A stretch of DNA of 64,000 nucleotides from Coprobacter sp. (GCA_017462265.1 JAFTRN010000030.1:20983-84982), one strand, 5' to 3'; shown: positions 39,818 through 49,436, counted from the stretch's first letter. The notes: generated by a model from the letters alone, not told the origin. Translations and numbers: made by a program.

Positions 39818-42235
39818 ATGAAAAAAACTCTGTTATCCGCAGCAGCCGTAGCTTTGATGCTCGCCTCCTGCCAAGAAGAGGTTTTCGACACCGGTATATC
39901 GCAAGATGAGGTATTGGTATCGCTTACCGCTACTACACCCGATGCTATTGCCATTACGCGTTCGACCTCGGCCAATGCCAATAGTGCGAAAGGCGCTCTC
40001 ACCAATGTAGATTGGGCCAAGTATGACCTCCGTTATATGCTCGAAATATGGAGCGAAGACGGATCTCAACTCATCAAAGATCGTGAAGTCGAAATCAAAG
40101 AATCACCGGCTAACGCAACCTTCAAATTGCGTCTTACCCCCAACCGCACCTACAAATTCGTGCTCTGGGCCGATGTCGTGAGTGAAGGTGCGACTACCGA
40201 CCTTCACTACAATACCGAGAAACTTAGCGACATAAAGATGTCAGATGAAGGTGTCTATGACGAAACCCGCGACGCCTACTTCTTGGCTCAAAACGTGACT
40301 GTGACCGACAATATGCAAGAAACTCTCACGCTGCGTCGCCCCTTCGGAAAACTGCGCGTGGTAACAACCGACCTTGCCGACCTGAAAAAAGGTACCCAAC
40401 CCGAGGCTGTGAAAGTGGAATATACCGCTCCTAATATCGCTTCGTTCAGCGCTATCACCGGTGCTCTTTCTACTACCCCGATGGTGAACAAAGTGTTCAC
40501 TGCCGACTTGGTAGCCGACACCTACAAAGAGGGCCATGATGCAGAGGACGGTAAACAAACCTTGTTCGTAGATTACATCTTCGGCAAAGAGGGCGAGCAA
40601 ACCCCGGTAAACTTCACCCTCACCGCTTACGAGGACGATGCCATGCAGACCGTGATACGTGAGTATAAGTTCGATACGCAAATTCCTGTGCAACGCAACT
40701 ACCTCACTACCATCTTGGGTAATGTGCTTACCACCTCTACCGAGTTCATCATCAAAATCGATGAGGCCTTTGCTAACGAAATCGATGGTATATCAACTGC
40801 TCTCGAAAATGCTTTTGCTAAGGGGGGTAAAGTGAAATTGGTCGATAACCTCACTTTTACCGAGGGCAAAACTCTCGAAGTCGCTGCCGGTGTAGAGGTA
40901 GAGCTCGACCTCGACGGATATACCCTCACTAACGCTGTAGCCGGTGCACCCTCTATCATCAATAACGGTACCTTGTCCATCAAAAACGGTACTATCGTAA
41001 ACGAAAATATTGAGGCTCAAAAAGCTGCCGCTATCAAAAATACCGGTATATTGGTACTCGATAACGTAAATGCCGGTTCGGACTTGAACCGTGGTGCCGC
41101 TGTACAAAATGATGGCGGTGAAGTGACTATCAATGGCGGTTTCTTCGCTACGATGGACCGTGCTCACTCCTCGAACGGATATGCATACGTATTCATTAAC
41201 AACAGTGGTAATATGACCGTGAACAATGCCGAAGTAAACGGCCGTCCCAACGGTATATTCTATGTGGGTGATGGAGAGGTAAACGTAAACGGTGGTTCTT
41301 ATATCATCAACGAAGGTGCCAATACCTGGTATGTGGTATATGCCGGCGGTACATCTACCGTAAATCTCAATAGCGGTACATACGGCTACAAAGTTGGCTC
41401 GGGACAAATATGGGCCGGACAGACCAGTGCTATCTACCAAGCCGCAAACGCACTTGTATATATATCTGACGATTGTGTAATCAACTGGGAAAACACCACT
41501 TCGGCTGTTGCCGTGGAAAGCAGCGAATTGTCGGCTCTTGCCGATGCTGTGGCGACCGGTTCGAATGTAATCTTGAAGAGCAACGTGTCGGGCGAAGCTG
41601 CTACCCAAGGCTATTCGGCAAACAATGTTGCCGGTGTGGTCGTTGATGGTATCGTATTAGATGGCAGAAACAACACTATCACCGTGAGCGGCGCCGATGC
41701 GACATACGATTGTAGCGTATTTGCCAAAGCCGGAACATTGAAAAATGTGAACCTTGTAGGTGGCTTCAAAGGCGTACAAGTGGTTGCTTCTGAAAATGTG
41801 ACACTCGACAACGTGGTGATAGGTGCCGGTAGCGGTATTACCTATCCCTTGAATATCTGCGGTGGTGGCGCCGACAAGACTGTTACCATCAAAAACAGTA
41901 CATTGTGTGGTTGGTCGAGCTGGAGCGTAGTTGGCCTTGTGAAATTCGAAAATTGTACCTTTGGAAATGGTGATACTTTCACCGCTCCCAATGCCTATAA
42001 TCATGGTATAGCACCTTGGGTAAATACCGAATTCCACAACTGTACATTCACCAAAGAATATTACATGGACTTCTCGAAATTGCACTATTCGGGTGAGGCT
42101 ACCGTGAAATTTGTAAACTGCACCGTCGATGGTGTAGTGCTCACCGCCGAAAATTGCAAAACCCTTATCGTTGGTAGCGGTGAAGGTACTTGGGAAGACT
42201 ACGACACCTATAAAGATAGTATTACATTCGAATAA
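39818..42235 (+). CDS. surface lipoprotein, paralog A: conserved ~318-aa N-terminal module (fimbrillin/type V pilin-like candidate) plus a beta-helix-like C-terminal region
   Basis: Lipobox LASC. The first ~318 aa are about 80% identical to the 49437..52052 product. The C-terminal part has parallel beta-helix-like repeats (NGTLSIKNGTIVN.., TGILVLDNVNAG.., GGEVTINGGFF). Confidence 0.8.
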   Translation: MKKTLLSAAAVALMLASCQEEVFDTGISQDEVLVSLTATTPDAIAITRSTSANANSAKGALTNVDWAKYDLRYMLEIWSEDGSQLIKDREVEIKESPANATFKLRLTPNRTYKFVLWADVVSEGATTDLHYNTEKLSDIKMSDEGVYDETRDAYFLAQNVTVTDNMQETLTLRRPFGKLRVVTTDLADLKKGTQPEAVKVEYTAPNIASFSAITGALSTTPMVNKVFTADLVADTYKEGHDAEDGKQTLFVDYIFGKEGEQTPVNFTLTAYEDDAMQTVIREYKFDTQIPVQRNYLTTILGNVLTTSTEFIIKIDEAFANEIDGISTALENAFAKGGKVKLVDNLTFTEGKTLEVAAGVEVELDLDGYTLTNAVAGAPSIINNGTLSIKNGTIVNENIEAQKAAAIKNTGILVLDNVNAGSDLNRGAAVQNDGGEVTINGGFFATMDRAHSSNGYAYVFINNSGNMTVNNAEVNGRPNGIFYVGDGEVNVNGGSYIINEGANTWYVVYAGGTSTVNLNSGTYGYKVGSGQIWAGQTSAIYQAANALVYISDDCVINWENTTSAVAVESSELSALADAVATGSNVILKSNVSGEAATQGYSANNVAGVVVDGIVLDGRNNTITVSGADATYDCSVFAKAGTLKNVNLVGGFKGVQVVASENVTLDNVVIGAGSGITYPLNICGGGADKTVTIKNSTLCGWSSWSVVGLVKFENCTFGNGDTFTAPNAYNHGIAPWVNTEFHNCTFTKEYYMDFSKLHYSGEATVKFVNCTVDGVVLTAENCKTLIVGSGEGTWEDYDTYKDSITFE

Positions 42236-42253
42236 TATAGTCGGATAACCCTA

Positions 42254-42296
42254 CAAAGAAAGGTCGCACCTCGAATGAACGTGCGGCCTTTCTTTG
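42254..42296 (+). terminator. terminator of paralog A
   Basis: 16-bp stem CAAAGAAAGGTCGCAC / GTGCGGCCTTTCTTTG with one G-U pair. Confidence 0.65.
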
Positions 42297-42333
42297 TGGT
42301 AAATTCTTCGGCGTAGGTACGAGCAATTTTATT

Positions 42334-42448
42334 TTTATCGGGCACTACTAATACAAAAACAGCCTGCGATTGATGTCGCAGGCTGTTTTATAGGTTAAGA
42401 TATAGGAGTTACTTTTTGAGGGCGGCGATACTCTCTTCGAGTGATTTG
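42334..42448. repeat. direct repeat DR-L: displaced copy of the valS 3' end (last 13 codons), its terminator and a family-A TIR motif
   Basis: Read by eye, it matches 45297-45411 at 111 of 115 positions with no indels. The one mismatch inside the valS-derived part is synonymous (AGT vs AGC). Confidence 0.85.
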
Positions 42449-42465
42449 TTTAGTACCATAAAAGT

Positions 42466-42885
42466 TTATAGCTTACGTAAGGTTAATGAATCAAAATATT
42501 CATAGTCTCCATCGATCTCATGAAATTCTAAAATTAATTTTTTATCGGTCAATTTTTTTATAGTACACCTCTCAAGTTCACCGTCGCTGAATTCAATGTA
42601 AAGTGTATCTTCTTTATAAGTCCATTGCCCATAATCTTTCCCGTCTTCACCTTCATCCAAAATAAACGTTCCATCTTCATTGAAGGTGAATTTTGAAGAT
42701 GTGTCTTTTTCGTTCTCCCATTCCATAAAATATTCTCCGTATTTTTCATATCCGGTCCAGAATTCCGATTGCCATGAGCCAATCAGGCTGGCTGAAGAGA
42801 TCTTTTCATAATCGTCATAACAAGAACTAAAACTAATTGCTGAAAGCAATACGCCTAATAAAAGGCTAAAATTTCTTTTTTTCAT
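42466..42885 (-). CDS. lipocalin-like small lipoprotein
   Basis: Lipobox FSSC. LIGSWQS...FTFNEDGTF...WTYKEDTLYIEF...IKKLTDKKLILEF matches the lipocalin-like beta-barrel pattern common in Bacteroidetes. AT-rich. Confidence 0.6.
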   Translation of the reverse strand: MKKRNFSLLLGVLLSAISFSSCYDDYEKISSASLIGSWQSEFWTGYEKYGEYFMEWENEKDTSSKFTFNEDGTFILDEGEDGKDYGQWTYKEDTLYIEFSDGELERCTIKKLTDKKLILEFHEIDGDYEYFDSLTLRKL

Positions 42886-42935
42886 AATATCTATATTTTG
42901 TTGGTTTGAAGTATATCGTAGTTATAATGATGCGA

Positions 42936-43274
42936 TTATCTATATTCGGCAACTTTATAATATTTGGTTCCACCATCGATACTTATCTGTATGCTGGGCC
43001 GATAGAACAACGAGGCACTATATTCCTTTTCGTCAAGATAGTTGGTAATATCGTTGTATAAGTCATACTCACTACTCTCCAAATTTTCCACACCTTTTTC
43101 AATCAAGGCCATATAAGACTTATAGTATAGTTCACAAAGTGTCAGAACTTTCTGATCGGGTGTACTCGTACCAAAAGCATAATAATACCAAAAAGGATTT
43201 TCAAAATTTATAATCTCATTTCCGTTAGATGTCCTTTTAGAAAAAGAAAATGCTTGTTTCTCAACCGACATCAA
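42936..43274 (-). CDS. hypothetical cytoplasmic protein
   Basis: 112-aa ORF on the same strand as its neighbours. It has no signal peptide or recognisable motif and may be a fragment. Confidence 0.4.
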   Translation of the reverse strand: MMSVEKQAFSFSKRTSNGNEIINFENPFWYYYAFGTSTPDQKVLTLCELYYKSYMALIEKGVENLESSEYDLYNDITNYLDEKEYSASLFYRPSIQISIDGGTKYYKVAEYR

Positions 43275-43371
43275 TATTGTCCTAAATAATTTTGAAAAAA
43301 ATAAAAAAGGAAGTTGAAAACTAAAGCAGAAAAGACTACTTTAGTAGTGATCCCCATCACTCAACTTCCTT

Positions 43372-43645
43372 ATGGCAAATATAACACTTTTCGCACAAGT
43401 AATCGGCAAGATGCCGAAAGAAAATATCCGAAAAATTATTCGGACAGCAAGAACAGACAAGCATTGTAAGGGTTATGACGCTTGGAGTCAACTTGTTAGT
43501 ATGATATTTTGTCAATTTTCCTATTGCGATTCTGTTCGCGACATCTCTAATGGATTAAAATCAGCGACAGGCAACCTCAATCACTTAGGCATAAGTCGTG
43601 CGCCAAGCAAATCTACAATAGCATATCAAAACGCCAATCGTAATC
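43372..43645 (+). pseudogene. N-terminal fragment of an IS4-family (DUF4372-type) transposase
   Basis: FAQVIGKMPKENIRKIIRTARTDKHCKGYDAWSQLVSMIFCQFSYCDSVRDISNGL..NLNHLGIS.APSKSTIAYQNANR follows the pattern of Bacteroides IS4-family transposase N-termini. Similarity stops after about 91 aa, and no DDE domain follows. Confidence 0.6.
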
Positions 43646-43837
43646 TTTGTATGATGCTTTTACATTTACATTTTCCGCAATCAGTTTTTTTACTTGAGAA
43701 TCAGATAAATCAGAAGATGTAGTACATTCATTGGGTGTTGTATATAGGACCTCATCGTCGTTTTCACCGCAAGAGGTGAAAACTATACTTAATCCGGTAA
43801 GAGCTGTAAGTAAAGCCCAAAATTTAAATTTTTTCAT
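43613..43837 (-). CDS. small lipoprotein, probably 3'-truncated
   Basis: Lipobox FTSC. Its last ~11 codons overlap the transposase remnant on the opposite strand, which suggests a deletion junction. Confidence 0.4.
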   Translation of the reverse strand: MKKFKFWALLTALTGLSIVFTSCGENDDEVLYTTPNECTTSSDLSDSQVKKLIAENVNVKASYKDYDWRFDMLL

Positions 43838-43844
43838 CGTTTGT

Positions 43845-44468
43845 TTAGAATCCGATTTTCAATCCTACACCTAAAGAGTTTGCAAAATTGGCGTTATCGC
43901 CCAGCATGGCCATATATTCAACCGATAGTCCGAAGCCCCACAGATTGAGAGTGGCACCTACAGTCCAGTCGGCACCGAATCGCTTGACATCTTCGATGTC
44001 TTTCAGTCGAGTTGTTTCTCCATTGTATTCCGTTTTACCACCTACGATAAGGTTGAGGTGCGGCCCGGTGTATAGGGAGAGTCCGGCCTTTTTGCCAAAA
44101 GGTAATGTGTAGCCCAAGGTTATTGGTATACGCAAAGAGGTGTTTTGTGAATAAAAATCTTTAGAATAGGTACAATAGGCATGAAGTATACCTATACCGC
44201 CTTTTAGATAGAAATTTTTAAACAGATATTTTCCGCCTTGGAAATCAAAACCTAAAGCGTATGCTTTATCGGCATTGTAATCGGGAATGTAATAAGTTAT
44301 TCCCAACTCGAATATATCAGAACCTTTGTCGCCCAAGTGCGTTTCTGTAGTAGTTGCATCTTTAGAGATTGTTTGCGCAACATCTGTTGTTGTATTTTGT
44401 GCCGATACAGCAATGGCAATAAATAGAGAAACAGCAATCAATAATGTTTTTTGTAGGTAATTTTTCAT
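43845..44468 (-). CDS. small outer-membrane beta-barrel protein (OMP_b-brl/OmpW-like)
   Basis: Signal peptide AVSAQ. It has an alternating hydrophobic beta-strand pattern and the C-terminal signature GVGLKIGF. The promoter box lies at 44612-44619. Confidence 0.7.
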   Translation of the reverse strand: MKNYLQKTLLIAVSLFIAIAVSAQNTTTDVAQTISKDATTTETHLGDKGSDIFELGITYYIPDYNADKAYALGFDFQGGKYLFKNFYLKGGIGILHAYCTYSKDFYSQNTSLRIPITLGYTLPFGKKAGLSLYTGPHLNLIVGGKTEYNGETTRLKDIEDVKRFGADWTVGATLNLWGFGLSVEYMAMLGDNANFANSLGVGLKIGF

Positions 44469-44611
44469 TTTGAGTATTCGTTGTTATTGTAATATGTTAG
44501 TAGTAGGTAATTTTCTGTAACAGCATGCGTACCCGAAGTAGTGAAACACATAGTTGTTACCACTGGAATTGTTTTGGCTAAAATAGTTTTTTTAGGTTAT
44601 AATTTTTTTTG

Positions 44612-44619
44612 CAAAGATA
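44612..44619 (-). promoter_or_regulatory. -7 promoter box (TATCTTTG on the minus strand)
   Basis: Part of AATTTATATCTTTGCAAAA, almost identical to the promoter core at 52303-52310. Confidence 0.45.
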
Positions 44620-44670
44620 TAAATTATGATATACCCGCAAAAACTTTTATTGAAAAATTTTTGTTATTTT

Positions 44671-45316
44671 TCATTAGTATCCGATAAAAATTCAGTATAC
44701 AATTTTGAGTATTTCATTATGCTATCGGCATAAGACATTTTTTCCAAAAGAATCCTCTTCGGCCTGGCTTCCCTCCGTCGCACAGAGCACTGAGATCCCC
44801 TCACTGTGGCACACTGCGATAAGCGGTGACTTGCCCTGCAAATCGTAGGGACACTTGGCTCAAGTTTCCGAGGGGAAATTATTGTATGGAAGTCCAATAG
44901 CAACATCTTCGACGTAGTGGAATTGTGGGGTTTCTTGTAAATAACATCTTCGATGTATTTTGTCATTAAGGCAACATTAAAACCTCGGAGAGGTTGTTCG
45001 AGAGGAAAGCACTTAAAATCTTTTATTGGTGTCCGATAAAAAATCAAGCCCGTTTAGAAATGTCAGTTTTGTCGGACAGCCGACATGTTGGACATACAGA
45101 TAGCCTATCTCCATGTTAAGAACTCATAAAAAGGCTAAGAAAGCATAAATAAAGCCAAGTTTCATTGCTTCAACGTCAAATTCAGAACCCATTTTTTAAC
45201 GGACAGCCGATGAAAGAGTCAAAAAGGGGGCTTGTCAAACAACAAAATCCTTAAATATGGTGGTAAAAGTATGTTTAGCGGACAGTAATAAAAATCTTTA
45301 TCGGACACTACTAATA
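44671..45316. mobile_element. repeat family A, copy A2 (carrying nested copy A3)
   Basis: Left end TCATTAGTATCCGATAAA, right end TTTATCGGACACTACTAATA. The left ~70 nt closely resemble the A1 left end, including the hairpin TTATGC(C/T)ATCGGCATAA. No flanking 8-bp duplication is seen. Confidence 0.5.
45023..45291. mobile_element. repeat family A, copy A3, nested inside the right end of A2
   Basis: TIRs are TTATTGGTGTCCGATAAA and TTATTACTGTCCGCTAAA (reverse complement of the right end). It is flanked by AAAATCTT on both sides. Removing it restores AAAATCTTTATCGGACAC, the same subterminal sequence as in A1. Confidence 0.6.
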
Positions 45317-45411
45317 CAAAAGCAGCCTGCGATTGATGTCGCAGGCTGCTTTATAGGTTAAGATATAGGAGTTACTTTTTGAGGGCGGCGATGCTCTCTT
45401 CGAGTGATTTG
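45297..45411. repeat. direct repeat DR-R: functional valS 3' end, terminator and the family-A TIR
   Basis: Partner of 42334-42448. Confidence 0.85.
45321..45350 (-). terminator. valS rho-independent terminator
   Basis: Perfect 12-bp stem AGCAGCCTGCGA / TCGCAGGCTGCT, followed on the minus strand by UUUGUAUU. Confidence 0.75.
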
Positions 45412-47999
45412 ATTTTGCTCTCGGCGTCGGCTTGTTTTTTACGCTCGTTTTCCACCACTTGTGCGGGGGCGTTGTTTACAAAACGCTCATTGCTGAGCTT
45501 GGCTTGTACCGAGCGCAAGAATCCTTGCAGGTATTTCAGTTCATCTTCTTGCTTTTTCAGCTCGGCCTCTACGTCGATATTGTTACCCAGCGGTACGGCA
45601 TATTCGGTCGTACCCACAAGGAACGAAACGGCGGCAGCCTCTTTCTCGGCGGTAGCCTCTATGGCCGAGAGGTTGGCAAGTTTGGCTATGACGGCATCAC
45701 AATCGTTGCAACGGGTGCCGAGTACTTGCAGGGTAAGCGGCTCTTTGTTGGCTATGTTTTTTTGCAGACGCACCGTGCGCACACCGGCGATAATCTCTTT
45801 CGCGTTTTCGATGGCGGCGAGCAGAGCCTCGTCGTAGGGGGCAACATCGGGAATACGCTCTATCATGATGCTTTCACCCTCTTTGCGGTCGTAGAGGTGT
45901 TGCCACAACTCCTCGGTGATAAAGGGCATGAAGGGGTGGAGCAGTTTCAGCAATGTGTCGAAGAACCCGAGTGTCATGTCGTAGCTCTTGCGGTCGATAG
46001 GTTGTTGGTAAGCAGGTTTCACCATCTCGAGATACCACGATGAGAATTCGTCCCAGAACAGCTTATACACAGCCATGAGGGCCTCGGAGAGACGATATTT
46101 GCCGAAGAGGTCGGCTACCTCGGCATTAACTTTGTTGAGCATCGAGGCAAACCATTCGGTGGCGATACGGGCCGACTCGGGCTGGGCGATATTGTCATCG
46201 ACTTGCCAGCCTTTTACGAGGCGGAAGGCGTTCCATATCTTGTTGTTGAAATTACGGCCTTGTTCACACAGTGAGTCGTCGAACAGAATATCGTTTCCGG
46301 CCGGGGCCGACAACATCATACCCATGCGCACGCCATCGGCGCCGTAGCGCTCTATGAGGTCGAGCGGGTCGGGTGAGTTGCCGAGCGATTTCGACATCTT
46401 GCGACCTATCTTGTCGCGCACGATACCGGTAAAATATACGTTGCGGAAAGGCATATCGCCTTTGTATTCGTAGCCGGCCATAATCATACGGGCCACCCAG
46501 AAGAAGATGATGTCGGGACCGGTCACCAGGTCGCTTGTGGGGTAGTAGTAGTTGATTTCTTCGTTACAGGGGTTATTGATTCCATCGAAGAGGGAGATGG
46601 GCCACAACCACGATGAGAACCAGGTGTCGAGGCAGTCCTCGTCTTGACGCAGGTCTTCGGCTTGTAACGAGGCGTTACCGCTCTTTTCGCGAGCCAGGCG
46701 CAAGGCCTCCTCGGCCGTTTCGGCCACGACGTATCCCCCTTCGGGCAGGAAGTAGGCCGGTATGCGGTGACCCCACCACAACTGACGGCTGATACACCAG
46801 TCCTTGATGTTTTCGAGCCAGTTGCGATAGGTGTTTTTGTATTTGGCGGGGTAGAACTTCAATTCGTCGTTCATTACCGGGGGCAGAGCCATGTCGGCAA
46901 AGTGTTGCATCTTGAGGAACCATTGCATCGAGAGCTTCGGCTCTATGGCTACGTTGGTACGCTCCGAGAATCCCACTTTGTTGGTGTAGGCCTCTACTTT
47001 TTCGAGCAATCCGGCGGCTTGCAGGTCGGCCTCGATCTGCTTACGCACATCGAAACGATCCATGCCCACGTATAGTCCGGCAGCCTCGCTCAGCGTACCG
47101 TTGTCGTTGAATATGTCAATGCTGGGCAGGTTGTATTTCTCGCCCAGCATATAGTCGTTCACGTCGTGGGCGGGAGTAACTTTCAGACAGCCTGTACCGA
47201 ATTCTATATCCACATAGTCGTCCTCGATTACCGGGATAGAGCGACCTACCAGTGGCACGATGACGCGTTTACCTTTCAGCCATGCGTTTTTGGGATCGTT
47301 GGGGTTGATACACATGGCGGTATCGCCCATGATGGTCTCGGGGCGGGTGGTGGCCACTATGGCGTAACGACCGTCGGCATCGCCCTCGACCATATAACGC
47401 AGATAGTAGAGTTTGCTATGTTCTTCCTTGTATATAACCTCTTCGTCGGAGAGGGCGGTGAGTGCCTTGGGGTCCCAATTCACCATGCGCACGCCGCGAT
47501 ATATCAATCCTTTGTTGTAGAGATCTACAAAAACCTTTATCACACTCGCACTACGCTCCTCGTCCATGGTGAAAGCTGTGCGGTCCCAGTCGCACGACGC
47601 GCCCAGTTTGCGCAACTGTTTCAAGATGATACCACCGTGTTCCTCGGTCCAGGCCCACGCGTGTTTCAAAAATTCCTCGCGAGTGAGGTCGCTCTTTTTG
47701 ATGCCTTGCTGAGCCAGCTTGTTTACCACTTTGGCTTCGGTGGCGATAGAGGCATGGTCGGTACCGGGTACCCAACAGGCATTCTTGCCCATCATGCGGG
47801 CACGACGCACCAAGATGTCTTGAATCGTATTGTTGAGCATATGGCCCATGTGCAGTACGCCCGTCACGTTGGGAGGGGGTATCACGATGGTGTAGGGTTC
47901 ACGACCATCGGGTTTCGACTTGAAATAACCGTTGTTCAGCCAATATTCATACCACTTGCCTTCTACGTCGGCGGGGTTGTACTTTGTTGCGATTTCCAT
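45372..47999 (-). CDS. valS: valine--tRNA ligase
   Basis: HIGH motif [13 protein letters not shown] and KMSKS motif [10 protein letters not shown]-terminal coiled coil. The start MEIATKYNP at 47999 is preferred over 48023. Confidence 0.97.
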   Translation of the reverse strand: MEIATKYNPADVEGKWYEYWLNNGYFKSKPDGREPYTIVIPPPNVTGVLHMGHMLNNTIQDILVRRARMMGKNACWVPGTDHASIATEAKVVNKLAQQGIKKSDLTREEFLKHAWAWTEEHGGIILKQLRKLGASCDWDRTAFTMDEERSASVIKVFVDLYNKGLIYRGVRMVNWDPKALTALSDEEVIYKEEHSKLYYLRYMVEGDADGRYAIVATTRPETIMGDTAMCINPNDPKNAWLKGKRVIVPLVGRSIPVIEDDYVDIEFGTGCLKVTPAHDVNDYMLGEKYNLPSIDIFNDNGTLSEAAGLYVGMDRFDVRKQIEADLQAAGLLEKVEAYTNKVGFSERTNVAIEPKLSMQWFLKMQHFADMALPPVMNDELKFYPAKYKNTYRNWLENIKDWCISRQLWWGHRIPAYFLPEGGYVVAETAEEALRLAREKSGNASLQAEDLRQDEDCLDTWFSSWLWPISLFDGINNPCNEEINYYYPTSDLVTGPDIIFFWVARMIMAGYEYKGDMPFRNVYFTGIVRDKIGRKMSKSLGNSPDPLDLIERYGADGVRMGMMLSAPAGNDILFDDSLCEQGRNFNNKIWNAFRLVKGWQVDDNIAQPESARIATEWFASMLNKVNAEVADLFGKYRLSEALMAVYKLFWDEFSSWYLEMVKPAYQQPIDRKSYDMTLGFFDTLLKLLHPFMPFITEELWQHLYDRKEGESIMIERIPDVAPYDEALLAAIENAKEIIAGVRTVRLQKNIANKEPLTLQVLGTRCNDCDAVIAKLANLSAIEATAEKEAAAVSFLVGTTEYAVPLGNNIDVEAELKKQEDELKYLQGFLRSVQAKLSNERFVNNAPAQVVENERKKQADAESKIKSLEESIAALKK

Positions 48000-48193
48000 T
48001 GTATATATCGTTTTTGTATTCAAAATAAATGGCAGATAATGTGCCTACGAAACTGCAAAAATAAACAAAAAACCGCAAACATATGAGGTGTGTCGTAATT
48101 TTATTTTTTTAATCCACGGGATCAAGTGTCATAGGCGTTTTTCAAAAAGGTTCAGAACAAAACCCTTTAAGCTATTCACGGACATTTCGTTTT

Positions 48194-48312
48194 GCGGATT
48201 ATACTTCTTTAAGGTTCTTTTGGAGGCGCATTTTGACGAAAAATTCATTCCCAAATACCTCTTAAATAATCTTGAAAGAACGAGTGCAGTCTATCTTCTA
48301 CAAATAAAATTC
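48194..48312. repeat. intergenic repeat family B, partial copy B3
   Basis: It shares the blocks CTTCTTTAAGG(C/T)TCTTTTGGA, CGAAAAAT(C/T)CATTCC.AAATA..CTTAAATAATCT.GAAA and AAATAAAATT.AAACAAC.TCT with 4005-4146. Confidence 0.45.
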
Positions 48313-48393
48313 AAACAACCTCTTATTCTCTATCAAATCGATAGAGGTTTCTATTGGTAAGGTCGAGAACTAAGATGCCGGTTTCGAGGCTGT

Positions 48394-49275
48394 TTAAACA
48401 GTTTCTTGTTTTTTATTTTTGAATTTTTGCCATTTTCGCTTTAACCGCCAAATTGCAATTCTGAAAAAATAAGGGATCATTTGCAGATAAGCACTTGTAG
48501 GAGAATTTATTTCTATCTCTATACCCTTGTCTTTTAGAGAAAATGGTTCCCATATAAATGAGTATTGTATGCGACTTGTGATGCGTAAATCATTATTGAC
48601 GTTACAGTCGTGTACAACTTCTATCCAATACGGATTTTCAAATATATCAATGACTTGAAATTTCTTTCGGGCGATGGTGTGCGGGTAACGCTCAATGGTG
48701 TAAATTTTGTTTTGGACATTTTCAGCCAAGGTCAGAAAATGATTATGCGGATATTTCATTTTCAATATCGCGTTATAGCGTGGAAAGTATTGCAAACCGA
48801 TATTCATACTATAAATACCCTGAACTTTACATTCAGAAAATTTTTGTTGAATACAACGTATAGCGTCGCAAAGAAACACGTCATCATTATCGAGGTTGGT
48901 CGTGAGAATATATTCGGTCTTTTCATCTATATGAGGTTTTATATATGATATGAGTGGACTTTGGGTCTCTTGGTCGGCAGTGAATAGTTTTTGAGTCTCC
49001 TCTTTTGTCAGAAAACAAGGATTAAACTGTGGACATATTTGTTTATAATGTTCGATTTTTTCTTTGTATATAAGCGGGGTGTTTGTGTCGAATAAACATA
49101 GCCAGATGAAATCTTTGCAACTTTGATGTTTGAGTGACGGCAAACAATAGAATTCGAATAATTCAAATCTCTTTTTCAAATATTTGTCGGTTCTTGTAGG
49201 TTGATTTTGTTTGTCTTTTTTCCAAAGCGATAAATTGAACAATGTGATGACAAAGTGTTTGTAGTTTGCTTCCAT
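48394..49275 (-). CDS. stand-alone glycosyltransferase candidate (putative rhamnosyltransferase-like family), in an AT-rich gene
   Basis: 293 aa. The N-terminus HFVITLFNLSLW...RFELFEFYCLPSLKHQSCKDFIWLCLFD and the NLDNDD motif recall the 'putative rhamnosyl transferase' family. The promoter box lies at 49304-49311. Confidence 0.45.
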   Translation of the reverse strand: MEANYKHFVITLFNLSLWKKDKQNQPTRTDKYLKKRFELFEFYCLPSLKHQSCKDFIWLCLFDTNTPLIYKEKIEHYKQICPQFNPCFLTKEETQKLFTADQETQSPLISYIKPHIDEKTEYILTTNLDNDDVFLCDAIRCIQQKFSECKVQGIYSMNIGLQYFPRYNAILKMKYPHNHFLTLAENVQNKIYTIERYPHTIARKKFQVIDIFENPYWIEVVHDCNVNNDLRITSRIQYSFIWEPFSLKDKGIEIEINSPTSAYLQMIPYFFRIAIWRLKRKWQKFKNKKQETV

Positions 49276-49436
49276 TTTCTTGTAATTTTTTATTTTAATG
49301 TCGCAAAGATATAAATTACAAGGTGAAGTGAAAAAAATTATTGTAAAAATTTTTATAAATGATACGGATTAATAGAAGAGGCCGTGTCATTTCTATTTTG
49401 ACACGGCCTCTTCTATATAAGGAGAAAATGTGAGAA

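Noticed and set aside
44664-45047. 127-aa ORF on the minus strand.
   Set aside because: It coincides with repeat-family-A element A2. Its C-terminal ...LYTEFLSDTNEK is just the translation of the TIR; the same peptide-like string, LYALFLSDTNKK, appears over the A1 TIR at 31804. I treat it as non-coding.
48088-48360. 90-aa ORF upstream of valS.
   Set aside because: It lies in an AT-rich spacer occupied by repeat family B copy B3 and the valS promoter, and its product is implausible.
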